From: Corallochytrium limacisporum Hawaii
Lineage: Eukaryota; Protista; Pluriformea
Direction: 5' to 3'
Assembly: GCA_002811645.1 (NCBI GenBank)
Contig: PDIP01000036.1
Coordinates: 1 to 64,000 of the forward strand
DNA length: 64,000 nt
Positions 32,177-47,700 of the stretch are shown one piece after another (the first letter of the stretch is position 1; each line of letters starts with the position of its first letter). The notes below the pieces were generated by a model. That model was given only the letters and a program-made list of their open reading frames with translations, had not been told where the DNA came from and did no database searches. Position numbers and translations under genes: made by a program.

Positions 32177-32827
32177 ATGAACGAGCTGGGCACCGCGTAC
32201 GATGAGCTCATTCGCACCCGGGAATACATAACGGAGAAGAAGTTCTTGCCGGAAGAGAATTCGGATGATGGCCTGGACGATATCCCAGTAGTGTACAGCC
32301 GTGAATTCTCCACGATCTTTGAAGCGGCAGAAACAGGTAAAGACGTGCTACTCAGGGCAAATCTTAAGACCTTGAGCTTCACGTTCCGTACCACTTTACG
32401 TGACATGGACGGGTATACACCCATGCATAGAGCTGCATACAATGGGCACACCAAATGTATCGGAGCATTACTCGAGGCTGGTTGCGACCCTGAATCGACG
32501 ACTCCAGCCGGATGGACGCCCTTACACTCTGCCGCACGGTGGGAACAGCCCTGGGCAGTGCGACAACTGATCTCCGCGGGTGTTGATGCAAATTTGGCCA
32601 CAGAGGGTGGCAATACGGCCCTGCACATTGCTGCGGAACATGGATGTAAGCTTGTCATTGAATGTCTGCTCAGTGACCCGTTGGTACGGATACATCTGCG
32701 CAATGCACGAAATGAACGACCTGGAGACATTGCGCGGCGAGTTGGACAGGATTGCTTCAATCTGTTCGAAACAGCGGAAGTTTTGGATGACCTTGAAGGC
32801 CATATCGAAGACTATCGAGGTAAGTGA
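32177..32827 (+). CDS. Ankyrin repeat protein, ANKRD49-like
   Basis: RDMDGYTPMHRAAYNGH, GWTPLHSAARW, GNTALHIAAE repeats; acidic N-terminus. Confidence 0.88.
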   Translation: MNELGTAYDELIRTREYITEKKFLPEENSDDGLDDIPVVYSREFSTIFEAAETGKDVLLRANLKTLSFTFRTTLRDMDGYTPMHRAAYNGHTKCIGALLEAGCDPESTTPAGWTPLHSAARWEQPWAVRQLISAGVDANLATEGGNTALHIAAEHGCKLVIECLLSDPLVRIHLRNARNERPGDIARRVGQDCFNLFETAEVLDDLEGHIEDYRGK

Positions 32828-32938
32828 GCAGTTCGCGTACGAAACTTAGCCAGGATCTAAAAACAAGAAAACTAATAATGTACAATATACACATGTATGA
32901 CATGAATGCTGGACAACTGAACGATGACGCGAGAACCG

Positions 32939-33667
32939 CTACAACCCCTCAACGAAGGCAGGCACCCAGAACTGGTGCGGCTCTGCCTGCTGGTCTACCC
33001 ATAGGATACCTTCCTGCATCAGCTGTTGAATGGATGTTTCACAACGGTCTTTGTCCCACTGCAGCCTTTCTTCGAGTAAATTCATGGTGATAAACCCTCC
33101 GTTGTCGTCCGCAATCGCAAGCGCTTGAGAGTGGTCAAGGTTAAGTTCCAGTGGAACCGACTGCAGGATCTTGCGGCCCCCAGCTTTGAAGATTGTGTAA
33201 CCACCGCCCAGTTTACCTAATTTCTTTACAGAGTCTACAATGTCATCGACGGTAACGGGATCAGCTTTCTTACCGCGCTTCTCGACTACCCGGCGCTGCA
33301 GTTCGTTAATATCGATCAGACCTCCGTTACGGGTACGAGTGACTAAGCAGACCTCTGCAACCTGTATACCGAGCGTGTAGTAGAACTCACCAACACCTAA
33401 AAGATTTGACCAGTAGCCCTTGCTTGACGCCAATGGATCAACACCAATGGTATTACACAACTGTTGAAAATATCGACGAAACTCTGGATTGTTTGCGATC
33501 TTTTTCTGATACTTTATGGCGAATGTTTCGAGGTTTCCACGAAAGCTTTCCAGTTGAGTTTTCATATTCTCCATCTTTGCTTCTTGGAGCTCTGTACCTT
33601 CGGCAACAAATCGATCTTTCTGAACCCTCCGGTTCTGCAGACCTGCTAGTCCCGGGCGCCTTCTCAT
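32939..33667 (-). CDS. SNF8: ESCRT-II subunit VPS22/EAP30
   Basis: MRRRPGLAG, NPEFRRYFQQLC..IGVDPLASSKGYWS.LLGVGEFYY.LG, ILQSVPLELNLDH, EGILWVD.Q. Confidence 0.97.
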   Translation of the reverse strand: MRRRPGLAGLQNRRVQKDRFVAEGTELQEAKMENMKTQLESFRGNLETFAIKYQKKIANNPEFRRYFQQLCNTIGVDPLASSKGYWSNLLGVGEFYYTLGIQVAEVCLVTRTRNGGLIDINELQRRVVEKRGKKADPVTVDDIVDSVKKLGKLGGGYTIFKAGGRKILQSVPLELNLDHSQALAIADDNGGFITMNLLEERLQWDKDRCETSIQQLMQEGILWVDQQAEPHQFWVPAFVEGL

Positions 33668-34360
33668 GATGTTTTCGTTTAAATCTTCGCTGCACTCACC
33701 TTACATTGTTACGACCATATCACCGGATTTCTTTTCGAACACCGTGTTCATTTGAGTTCCATTTTTTCTGAAACATACTGGCACGCTCAACTGAAATAAC
33801 AATGCCGAAAGTCGCCTTGTGCAATCGATCGCAAACTGCAGAATCTGACAAAGCAATGGAATGGCTTGGACGAGGCACCCACCCTCCTTTCCTGGCCTTG
33901 GACGGGCGGGTGACCGAAACCCCCGAAGTGAAGCAAAAACCGAAGGGTGGTTGCGTTGGAGAGGAAAGGTTTCGGCGCGCAGGGGTGCGGGGCCAGGGCA
34001 TCGACCGCCTTGCTGGCCTCGGAAGAAGGGGAGGGGGCCAATTTGGCAGAGTTTCGTGGGGCCGAACGGGGAAAGACCGTCCCGTCAGGCATGCAGGATT
34101 TTGGCGGGTTTTGGACTTTTGGTACTGCATCGTTTTTGTCTCTTCCTTTGGTGTCTCTTTCATTTACTTAATCACTTTTTGGGTTCAATTAAGTGTAAAT
34201 TTCGTGGGATCATTTGTAGTATTTTCATTGTGTTTATTTCTTTTATAGAAGGATGGCCGGGTACTTCATAGGAGCACACTATCTTGCCTGAGTTCTTACA
34301 ATATTGGCGCTGTTCCCGGAAGAATACGACAGAATCGGTTTTCTTAAGCCATAACCGCTG

Positions 34361-34390
34361 TTTTATTTATTTATTTATTTATTTATTTAT
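34361..34390. repeat. (TTTA)n tetranucleotide repeat in the WDR5 leader
   Basis: ttttatttatttatttatttatttatttat. Confidence 0.9.
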
Positions 34391-34449
34391 CTATTGAATC
34401 TATAATCAGTTGAAAAACATTGGAACAAAAAACCACGACTCATTTCTGA

Positions 34450-35463
<1,014 letters not shown>

Positions 35464-35764
35464 AACCAAAACAGAATCATATAACTTTACATTCACAACC
35501 CTATTCTTATGGAGCACCTTGCTCAACGAAGACATTTCGACCCTCCTTTGCTGACCTCCTTGTGCAGAGTCCTGGTCTGGCTGGAGTTTACCCAGTTCCT
35601 GCTCTTGCGCATGATGTTCTGGGAATCGTGGACTGCTGAGTCTTCTGCCTCTATACAGGCGTAAACTTTGGACATATATATATTTCTTAATTGGCCTGCG
35701 GGTGTGATCATCGATCGAAAACTATGTGATTTGATTGACTTTTGAATGTCATCAAAGCAAACTA

Positions 35765-38700
35765 TCACCCAAGTGACTGCTCAATCCATTGACGCAGGGC
35801 TGCGGACAAGACATCAGGCAAGTGTTTGATGTCGCGCAGTAAAATATAGTACGGGAATGGCATGGAGTCGATGAGACGCGACCTATTGATGCGACCATTC
35901 ACAAAGGAAATCTGTTCGCGTCCCAAAATGCCGTCCATAGGGTTTTCCTTCCCTTGGCTGTCAATAATGATTAGTAGCAACATGACACCTTCAGCCTGCG
36001 CCTGTCGGGCCAGGTACCGTACCCTGGTCGGGTCGCTGATATGACCATCGCTAATGATGAACACCAATCGTTCGTTGATACGAGTTGATGTACCAGCGTC
36101 TTCAAAGATTCGTGGTAAGGCATGAAGCAATCGGTGCATATTGGATTCCTTCTGCTCAAAGGTGAGCTCGCTCAGAACTGCATCACCGTGATTGTGGCTG
36201 GCGAACGGTAGTCCACCAAACGGGTGTAAAATGTTAATGTCTTCACCATACTTAACAATGCTGATGCCTCCAACTTCCAGACGAGACATGGCAGTGGCCA
36301 GCATGATGAGAGACTCGTAAGCCATCTGAACACTCGCAGAGTCATTCATGGACTGCGTATCGTCCATGGCCAAAATAACCTGATAGGTCCGCTTGGAAGG
36401 CTTAGTGCGGCGCAGCCAAATTTTGTCTTTGCGGTAATTCGAGGCAATAAATGGAATTATGCGTCGCATGTTTAAGCGCTTGCCAGTTCTGTAATCACCC
36501 TGGAGCCGAGCAGCCAAAGTTGGTTGCAGAATAGATCTGAGAAGCTCGGTGAGGTGGAACGCAGCGTACGTGACTCGTTGCTCAATATCCGCCCAATGCT
36601 CTGTCTGATCATCTTTAAGTGCAATCACCTCCTGTTCCTCGGTTTCTTCCTTCATACGTGATGCATGACTGTCCAAAGCATCCAAATGTTTCGCCTTGGA
36701 AACAAAACTTGCTTCTTCCTGGGCCTTTTTCTCATCCTCCTCTGAAATTCCCATCTTCTCCTCCTCGTCCTCATCCATCTTGTCCTCAGTTTCGTCAAAG
36801 GCAAGACTGTCCTTACCTTTTGACTTTTGATCAGTGTCTTCATCATGCTCACGACCTTTCGTTGGAGCAGATTCTGGGATCTCTTGGGTCTGATCGCCTT
36901 CTATCCTTTCATTCTCCATCGCGTGCTGATCCGCCTTCTGCTCGTTCTCCTGAGCAGTCATCTTGCTTTCCCGCATTTGTTCGTCTGTGGCGGCGGCCCG
37001 AACTCCCACAGCATCCTCATCTTCGCTGTCCTGACCTTGAGTGAATTCATACTGCTGATCAGGATCGGCGCTCTCGTCTTTCAGGGCCGTCAAATCTTGT
37101 TGTTCGTTCGCAGCGGAATCCTGCGCCTTAACTTCATTAGCCCAATGCATCTGATGTTTGGCACGGTCGCGGTAAGGGTTTGGTTGCTTGGCAGAGTTCT
37201 GCATGCCTTCAGATTGCTGCTGTTGCTGTTGAATCTGTCCAGACATGTCCTCATTGCCACCAGTACCTTTACCCCCTCCAGTACCGCCAGCTTCCATGTC
37301 ATCGAGCATCATATCATTACTGCGCTGATTATTCTGATCAAATCCATGCTCAATTTCTTCTTCATCAACTCTCGGCGCTTGATCGCGCCCGTGGAAGTCA
37401 GGAACTTCGGCGGGTGCCGCTGCTGCCTCGAGAGGATTCTCCAGGCTACGTCCGGGGCCATCGTCGTCCTCTTCCCCGTCATTGTCTTCGTCTTCTTCTG
37501 CTTCGCCAATCTTTTGATCGTTTCGAGGATCTCCGTCATCATCGTAGTCCTTCGGGCCTTCGTCATCTGCGTCATCATCGTCTTCATCCATGTGGTCAGC
37601 TTGGTCCACGTCCATCAGGTCTTGCTCCTCTGCCTTGTCACTATCAGCCTGTCCATCGACCTCACCGGCAGGATCATCATCGTCTTGATTGTCTTTTCCA
37701 TCCTTGGCCTCCTCGCCTTCGTCAGCGTCGGGCTCTGCATCGTTGCCATCTTCGCTGCCTTCTTCTTCATCCTTTGCCTCCTCTTGTTCACCGTCAGTTT
37801 TAGTCTTTAGATTCTCTTCGACAAGCTCTGGCATGTCCTGCACGTCATTTTCTTCTGCCGCCTTCTCGGCCTCTTCGGTTTTCTCCATGTCGTCCTTCTT
37901 CTGCTCTTGCTCGGGCCCGTCTTTGTCTCCGTCCCTCTTGGATTCACTGTCGTCCAGGCGGGCACCTATCTCTTCTTCTTCATCCTCTTGCTGTTGGTCA
38001 GGTGCCTTGCGGGTCTGGTTGGACTCTGCAGCGTTTTCTTCACCTTCTTCTTCTTCTCCCTTGTCAGCGCGCTGCTCCTCGTCTATGGCGTCGTTCATAT
38101 CATCCATGGCATCTGCCATCATCTGCTCATGGTCCTCAGAGTTAAGATCGTCTTCATCTTCATCAGATTCTGGTTCATAGTCAAATGTTTCCCCGTCAAA
38201 GTCATTGTTCATCTCCTTGCCGGTGTCTTTATCCCAGTCCATCTCTTCTTGCTGCTGCTGGTCTTCTTGTTTGTCTTCATCGCCCTTCAGACCCATGACC
38301 TGCTCCTCATCCTCGATCTCATCCGCGACGTCCTTAGCTCCAGAAGTATCACCATCCCCCATTCCAGTGCCCTGCTGCATCTGATCTTCAGCTTGCAGTT
38401 GCTCGGCGACATCTGCTGGCATGCAGTAACCCCGCTCGAACAGATCACTTGCCAGAACCAGGAATATACGAGTGAAGTCATTGACAAAGAAGAGTGTTGA
38501 CTGGATGCCATGAATAATGTTAGTAAAAATCTTCACCGAGTCACTTTCTGCCGAGGAAGCGGTATCATCTTGCATAGGTTCGAGGTTCTCCGAAGTGCAC
38601 TGTCCGCTGGCTTTTTGAACAAGGCTTACAAGGAGATTCAAATCCAATTCACCGAACTTGATGTCGTCTTCTTCACTTTTTACCTTATAGATATTCCCCT

Positions 38701-41700
38701 GAATTTCAGTGGCCAAATGATGAAGGTCCGTCAGAGCTTTCTCGTTCAGCACAGAGTCCTGCATTGTCTGTGCTAAGCTGGAAATCATAGACAATGGATT
38801 TTGTCCCCTTTCATTCACTGTGTGACTCAAATTTGACATCAAACCCCTGAGGCTGCGAGCTGCTTCCTGGAAGCCGCTCTCAACAGGTAGAACTGCACTG
38901 CACCCTTCCGCATGATGCTGTGTATCGAGCTGCATATGTGCAATAACGGGGATAAGCAAAAGGGAAACATTCTGGAGAATCTGGCCTGCCGCACACAAAC
39001 TCTTGGAGTATCCAAGCATCTTTTCGGAGACGGTAAGGACATCTTGATGGGCTCCAGTGCGCCAAGTTTGGACTAGTTTAAGGAACAACACACGATTGGT
39101 TTGCAAATCAGTTTCGTTTGCTCGCCAGGCGTTGAGCATCACTTCCGAATGGTTATCCTTCACAGTATTGGACGCTAAATGGTGCAATTCTGGCGTCCAT
39201 GCTTGCAATTGAGGAAGACTCTCCAATTCACCTGGGCTGCGGTACCGCAGCTTCTGCTGCCGAAGGCCCTTCAGAAGTTTGGATAACATCCCGGCCTTAT
39301 ATTGCTTGTTGGCCCTCCACGCTTTCACCCTCCGCTCCTCATCCTTAATATCTGAGCACCGGTTGTCCATGTCCTGGATCTCCTTGAGATGCATGACCAC
39401 CTGTAGTTTGATACCATGGATCGCAAGGGAATAGGATGTGGTGAAGAGATGATTGTCGCCGTACAGTCCGCCCCGACTGATGGGATGCTTGGCCACAACG
39501 TCATCCTTTCTCCATGCAGCGAGACGATCTTTGAAGGGTACAAGCAAACACTCCTTGAATTTTCGAACCTCCCGCGCAATAGGTCTTCGCAACCTCAGTC
39601 CGGATTGACGCAGACTCCAGAAGTTCGCCGTTTTCCAATTACTGAGCTGCTTCAATTTCTTCAGTTCTTGGCGCGTATCCTGCAACACGGCCTCAACTTC
39701 ACTGCGCACCAGAGCTTCAAAGACAGAGTAATGCCGCACAATGGCTTCTGCCTTAAGGATAAAGGCCGGCTTCATTAGTTCCCCACGGGCTGGTGCAACC
39801 AGTTCACGCAGCGTAAGCAACTGTCGAATGTACCCGATTCGGGCACCAAACGCACCCACTGCAGCGGACGTCACAAAGTATTCGACAAAGAGTGGTACTT
39901 CCTTCGCCTTGCTCTCATCGGCCACAGGATTCACGAGAACGTTGTAAAAGTGACCAAGCACTTCCGGTTTGGGGCAAGCAATCGCCGCGTATTGCTCCGT
40001 CAACATTGCCGGCCACTGTCCAATCTCCTGGTCACGCCATTCCACTATCAGATTGGCTACCTTGTTGATATAGTTTTGCACAGAAATTTGAGCGTGAGTG
40101 TACTTTTCCCATTGCTCTAATGCAAACAGCAGCTTCTCCAGAACATAGACAACCTGCATTCGTGGAGTGTATAAGGTTTGCTTCTGCAGACGACGGATGA
40201 TTTCCAGAATATGCAACACATATGTCTGTTCACTAAGGTCCTGCAGAGTCTGCTGGAGGTGTTGATACAATGGACGAAGAATGCTATCCAGAGTGGCAGC
40301 ATTCTGCCTGTAGGACTGTCTCGGGCGACGGTTCGTTGCCAGGAAGCCAAGACTACGATCCATTACCTCCAGGCATGCAGCTCGTGTATCGTCGTTGTCA
40401 CAGATGTCATACCACAGACTTTGCAGTCCTCGTTGAACAATTTCAATGACACGATTGTCAAGGTCAAGCGGCAAGATCTCTGAGGTGTGCATCTTCAACG
40501 TTTCACGCAGACCCTCCGCTTTCAGTCTTCGCAGATAGCGTTGTGTGATCTCGTGAAGGGTATGGCAGTCATCTTTCCTCTGCAAGGGATCAACAGAGGA
40601 GGATGCAAGCACAAGGGCAAAGAGGAAGCAGGTTGCAACATCTGGCTTGGCCGCTGCCGCAGCTTTCTGCATCATCTTGCTTGTCTCTTCGGCATCGACG
40701 TCAGCTTCTTCGCTGCTGGCGACGCCGAAAAGAATGTCTGCAAGTTCATCTACCTCCTCAAGTACGTGGTCCGTGGTGCCTGATGACAAAATCGCTTGGC
40801 CAGCAACATTGACGGGTGCACTTTCACTCAATTGTTTGCTACAGTCACTCAGGTCACTTGAGAACTGACCACTTACTGGTTCCAAAAACTTCAGGCCGAA
40901 TTGCAGATTGGCAGAGAGGGCCGCGGAGGTTAACAGGTTGTGCATGATGCCAGTTGACGACGACAAAGTCTTCGTATACACATAGAGCAGATCTTCGTCG
41001 GCATCTGAGAATGGTCTGAAAACAGAAAACCCATCAGTAATGTCTCCTCCTCTAATACGACACATTGAGAGGAACGCACCAATGCGCAGCATTTGGGCAG
41101 CATCGAGAATCGGGAAAATCAGATCAGGGTACGCAAAGAAGTTACGAAGGATCTCCAGGCAGACCTGCTCCATTGACGCTTGCCAAACCATATGCTCTCG
41201 AGGGGTTGCAGACTTTGCCTTGACACTGGCACGGAATAGCTGGTCGCAACGATGGACAATGCGAAGTAACGCCTTATAGTGACCTGTCCATTTGCCCCGA
41301 GTTCCATCGACCGCGCGTGCATTCTGAGCGGCCTCCATGCGAGACGACAAGCCGTCTTCAATTTGCTTCCAATTCAGTTCATCAGATGTCTTGGGGAGGT
41401 CAGAAAGATTGTGCATTACCACATGGGACTGCTTCAAGCGCTGCAAAGACCGCAGAATTGCTTCATTGTAAGCAGTTTGGAACCTGGTTGCTTCTAAGGG
41501 ATCTACCATGGGCAAGCGAACCGCATGCTTTGACTTTAGCAATCCAAACTCAAACATAAGATCCGCTACGTCACTGATGTCGTGTGAATCTTTCTGATGG
41601 CAATCGGTGACAAGACCAGTCAAATCTTCAGCATCTCCCATAGATTGGTAGGCCTCAATCCATGACTCGGCTGCCTTTGTGAGAACTCGCATTTCCTTGG

Positions 41701-44700
41701 TGCAGAGAGTTGCGCTACTGATGTCAGTGTTCATGAGCATGGTCTTCAACGACATAATATGTTCAAGACGACCGTAGTTCAGGAACGTGGCCTGTTCAAC
41801 AGCTGCATAGATTCCCAAGGCATCCTGGTATTGGAAAGCTTGCATCAACCACAAAGCAAATGCTGGAGCTGCTTGCAATACATCTACGCTTTGCTGATGG
41901 TAGAATCGCCGAAAGTAGGAGACAGCCTCCACGTCTATGACGCCTGTGGGGTCGGTGCCATTCATGATGGCTTCCTTTCTCCACAAAAGATCTTGCATGT
42001 ACACGTAGGGAAGGATCATAGCTGGATCATAAGCTTCTGTGTTTCCGCCTCGGAACGCAGTCTTAACGGTTTCGAGATCAAGTTCGTCAGGATCCTGCAG
42101 TGCTAAGAAGCGCTTAGCCCCCTGATAGCGCGAATACTTCGCGATGGCATGTGCAAATGACAAACGAATACCAGTCTCTTTGTGAAACCCCTCTCGGACA
42201 TATGGAAGCGTGTGGATATCAATGTCGGCCATGGTCTGCTTTCGCAGAGAACCAAAGTGCTCTAAATACTGATTAAGTGCCATGCTCATCTGTTTTGCAG
42301 TCACATTCATTTCATACTCTTTGCCATCGTATTCGCGGACAAAAGTGCCGGAAATCAGCGCAACTGCCTTGTCAAATGTATCCACATGGGCAAATTGGAA
42401 GGCCAATGAATGGGTGGCAACGTCCTCCTCGTTGCTAATCTCATGAGCGCTTGCCAGCTCAAGGTGATCAGATATGATCTTCTCAATCGCCGCCAATGTC
42501 TCTTTGTGGCGATATGCCAGACACTCACGGCGGAGCTGATAGTTCCAAACCATTGAGTCACGACTATTTAGAGAGGCCACTGCCAAAGGCGAAGCCTTCA
42601 ACTCACGCAAGATCAGTGGAACAGTGTGAAGATTCTTCCCGGGCTGTAGCACATCCGTGGCCAAAGCCTCCAAGCCAAACAGAAAATCTGGGAACTCCCT
42701 GAGTTTGGAACCCTCAATTTCGCTTGGCAGCACATCCACGAGCGCTTCGTAGATGGTCATCAAATCAGATGCGTTTCCCATATGATCCAAAGGGCCCTTG
42801 AGTTCCGAGTGCCGACGACCTAGAGTGGTAATCAGATGACGGACATAGTCGTAACTCTGGGTGAGGTAGTCACCGTTCTTCTGCTTCCAATACCTCAGTG
42901 CATCACACAAGCCCTGGTACTGCACCGGGGATAGTACCATGCGATACACATTTTCGGCAACAGATCTGGGATTTCCAAGCATGCTGCCTGAAAAATGGCC
43001 CATCATATAGATCTTGAGCTGCCTGAGGTCGACATCACCATCCGGAGTAAACCATTGGGCAGCACTTACGTTCAGCATCTGCACTAACTTCTGTTCGGTG
43101 CTGTGGGAACGAAGATACAAAGGCAGAACACTCAATGCATGGAGAGTTCTCCTCATTTGCAATGAGTGCGCGAACACGTAGTCTGCAGAGCCTGGCAGCA
43201 CCGCGTCCAGAAAAGGGACACCACAAACAAGGTCTTCTGACTCATTTCTTACCCAGTGCGAGATGTCATTAGTAACCCTGGTAGCGCGAGATGCAGACAT
43301 GTCGCTCTCTCCCTCGGTGTTTCTTGTACGAAGAACCGTATAGTTTGTCCCCGTCATATACGGTGACAACAGTTCCAGTGGTTCCACGTCAAATTCGTCC
43401 AGGAACACTTCCAAGCATCGATTCCGAACAGCCCGCGACAATTCTCCACGAGTGACATCGACAGTCAGGAAGATACGAAAATCGGGGTGGCGTTCTACAA
43501 GTGGAACTCCATTCTTCGTAGAACCCTTTTCGGGAATCGTGAGTTGGCCATTTGGCTCCAGTAGCGCGTTTAGGCGATCCAGGGTAGCCGTGTTGCACAA
43601 GTTAGCATTCTGAATCACGATCCAGCTGCCGTCTTTCACAGCCTGGGTCAGCATACTGTCCACCCAAACAAAATGACCCTGTGTCACATTGTCCATTTCA
43701 GACCGGATACGCTCGAGTTGTCGTTGAACACCTGCAAAGATCTGGGTCCCAGCTTGATATTCACTCCACGGCCAGGATGCACATGCTTCGTACAGTTTCC
43801 ACAGGTTTGCAACGACAGCTCGGATATTCTTCATTTCTCGGATTTGCCTCAATCGCTCTAGGTATCGCATAACCAGGACAAGATCCTGGCCTGCACACAT
43901 CAATGCTTGTCTGAAATCAGTGATGACGGTTTTGACGTGCCGATTTAGGTCGTACTGCTCGTACGAACCCAGAAGCTCCGAGGCATCGACACTGGCATTC
44001 ATTGGTAGCTGCAAAACTTTCCTGCCGCAGAGGTCTGCCACATACCGCAAGACTCCCATTGCATTGCCATTGCCGTTTTCCGCCAGGAGGATGGGGAGCT
44101 TCATAACGATGCCCGTAAAGACAACTTTAGACAGCCATTTGAGATGTCTACTCATAGGGGCGAAACTGAGGCGACTTTGTCGGCCTTCTTGACCTCGTTG
44201 AAGGACAAATGGACCATATGAGACATGATCGTGAGTGACATTGAAAACCCAGTCCGGGTCGCGAACCCACTGCTCAGCACCATCTGCATAGCCCTCATTA
44301 AGTTCCATCACCAGGCGTCTATCCTGTGGGGTCCGCAGCCGACTGCCGTACAAAGTACTGATCGCATGCTGACGATATACAGAATTGTGTGCAGTCTTTC
44401 CCGTGCTCTCTATACAACTCCTCAGGGAAATGTAGCGTTCCACATCACGAATATTGAACTCCCATGGGCTGCCGACCGTGCCACGAAGAGCAGTGGTCAA
44501 TTTGTCATTGAGGTCAATGATAGCGGACATTTCAGCTTCGCTTGGTAGATGTCCGTCATCATCCCCTGCCTGCTGCAGCAAACGCAATGGCCTCATGGCA
44601 ATTGCATGTGCACTCATCTTGTCCATAGCCGCAACATAGACCTTGCCGAATCGGTTCATGAAACTTTTCGGGAGCACCTTTCTACCAGCACCCTGTGATG

Positions 44701-47700
44701 CAGGGTTCTGGCAGGCAAAAATTCGAAAGTTCGAATGGCACGGGAAGGTGAGATCTAACTCTGGGATGTAAACCTCTGCACGATGATCCAGACATGCATT
44801 CAAACCCTCTAGAACGGATTGGGAAGCAAGATTAATCTCGTCAAGGATCACCCAGTGGCCCTCCTTCAGCGCAGTCAGGAAAGGCCCATCGCGCCATTGG
44901 AAACGTGGACCAACAAGTTCCTCATTGGGCATGTCAGCACCAAAGAGATCCATTATGTCTGTCTGTTCTGACAGGTTAAGCCTCACAACCGTATTGCCAG
45001 TGACTTTGCCCAAAGCCACAGCTGTGGAGGTCTTGCCAACACCAGGATCACCCTCCATGAGGATGGATCTGGACATTTGCATGGAACGGATCAAACGGTG
45101 AATGTTTTTGCCGGCTGCCTGCACGTCGAAGTCGAGCTTGTTGATGTCGACAGTGGTACCGGGAGCCTGGGGAAACCGGTACAAGCCACTGTGGACGTAT
45201 CCTTCTCTGATGTCAATTGTAAAGTCGTCAGCTGCGGATAACACCATCGAGTCACAGGATACCAACTTATGCCTCTTCAACAGCTCATCTATAAATACCA
45301 AGCATGATTGCCTTGTGTCATCACTGCGATGATCGTTGCGGTCTAAACCAATGGGAAGGAGCATCTCTAGTGCATCTAAGCAGCAAAAGCTAGCGGCCTC
45401 AATAAAGTGGCTGGCCTGGAATCCCTGGGACTCCTGGTTCCTAGCCAATTTGGTCATAAACTTTGCCCAAGAAATGACATCGCGAACTGACATTACAAAT
45501 CGGCCGCTCAATTCAGCCGTGAACCATTGCAGGAAATCGATAATGGCGTACGCAACCTTCTTAGAGAGGTCACCGTAGAGGTCTCCTAGATGGGTTGCAG
45601 CGATCGCCTGTAGATCATTGCGGTCTGTCACTGCTGGAGCCCAAACTTCAGTTAACCGATTACGGAGTGCAGGGGACAATTCTTTCTTTCCAAAATCATC
45701 CCCCGGATTCATAGTAGCGGCCAGAAGGAACTCCGGTTTCGGATACAAGACAGGGTCCTCGTCACTGGTTTTCTCGTAAAGCCAAAGAGCACGGTCAGTC
45801 TCGAACACACTGTTAATTCTCTCCAGTACGCTGTCATCAGCCAGCGAAATCTCATCGAGGAGGAAGCAGTGACCCCGCCTCATGCAATCCACGAGTGGGC
45901 CATCGACCCAAGTGAAGATTTGCTTTTCGGTCCGCATGGCCTTGTCGAGTTCCATCAACGCCTCTTGGCAAACCGGCGGGAGCTGACTACCAGTTTCCTG
46001 TGTCATTTGACGGAGGAAATGCTCGGCATCGTCTACGGCAAGATCTCGAGGCACTTCAATACCATGTTCCAAGGTTAGCTTCAGGATGCCATCAATAAGT
46101 GACCTGATACGTGTCTCTGCAGAGCGCACCGGACGGAATCCTCCTATGATATCAGAGGTTTCAGTGTTCTGATGGCAGTTCAGAATACGCAGCTCACTGC
46201 CGTAGAAGTCCATGATGAGCTGCACCACAGTTGTCTTTCCGCACCCTGTCTCTCCAACAAGTAAAATCGCTTCCTTGTTTTCAAACGCGCGATGAATAAG
46301 GATGCATAAACGACGAAAATGACTCGTCCAAACAATTTTCGCATAAGGCTGCTTACCGTCAGAGTTCACAAACGTTCTCGCAAAATTGTGCAGCTTAACA
46401 ATCAGGTCATCTTCAAAGTCATACTTTAAAGTGACTTCCTTCGTGTGCTTCCTAATGATGTCTCGTACAGTCCCGCGATCTTCAGGACGCCGACAGCGTT
46501 CACCAAGCAGCATAAAACCATCGTTGGCGAGGTTATCAAAGAACCCCTTCTGACGATAACCCCATCGGAACAAATCGCGCAGGGTAATGAATCCTTCTTT
46601 GCCAGCAAATATCTGTGAAGAATCTCGCAAGGCCTCCAAATCTTTCATTGTCGCAACCAACTTCTCGCTCACGGATGGCGGAATGCTACAGCGCCGCTCA
46701 ATGATATTCCTGAGGTCCATCCCCGGGATGTCTCCAAAGTGCAACTCGACAAAACGGTTGCGGAACGCCCGAGACAACCGCTTGCGTCCACCGTACATAC
46801 CCACAGGGTTCTGTGTTGCAAATAACATGAAGTTAGGATGTGGCTTCAGGATCTTCTGCGTTTCTGGAATGACTAGTTCATGGTTGTCATCAAGCAACCG
46901 ATTAAGAGCTTCAAGAACATCAGAAGGGGCCAAATTCAATTCATCGAGAATGAGCCAATAGCCGTTCTCGACAGCTTTCACCAACGCACCGTTCAGCCAA
47001 ACTAGAGATCCGTCAACGGGAGATGGGCCATACTGACCAAGGTATTCCGAAATTTCTGTGTGTTCATGGTTGTTAATGCGGATGATGCCTTGGTTGACAA
47101 GCCCGGAAAGGAACGAAATTATGGACGTTTTGCCGCTGGAGGTAGGCCCTTGAAGGAGCACAGGATATCGGTGGGGTGCCACCGCTCTGGCAAGATTCTG
47201 AAGATTTCTGGACACAGTCGGGGTCGTCACAAAAGTCTCCTGCAGTGGATTCACAACGACACCGCACTTGAGATTAAACCCCTTCACATTCTTGTATCCC
47301 TCCGGAGCCGAAAGACCTGAACTTAGCTTCAGGACGGAGCCATCGATGCCTCCATTCACAAACGCATCGACTAAACGCTTATGAACCGTGTTTCTCGAGT
47401 CCTCATCCAGATTGGATTCAAACATCAAGCAGAAGCCCTCAATTAGTCGTCCAAATGGTTGGCTGTCAAGGGACTTAATGTATCCACTTGTTTCAATTGC
47501 TCGACAGAGACTACGAAGGGAGTAGTGTGGGCGTTCTCCAGCCCCATCAATGATGATGCCCTCGGTCGCAAGATTCCGGATCTCAAGATAGAATTTGGTG
47601 AGCGCAGTGGCCAGCGGCCGCTGAGAAATACCCAAAGCACACAGTTGTTCATGTACCAGAGTGCTCAGATCCTGCTCGGTAGTCACTTCGTCCACATAGA

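Noticed and set aside
34261-34276. GTACTTCATAGGAGCA resembling the 5' end of yeast U3 snoRNA
   Set aside because: Box A is imperfect and no downstream C', B, C or D boxes were found.
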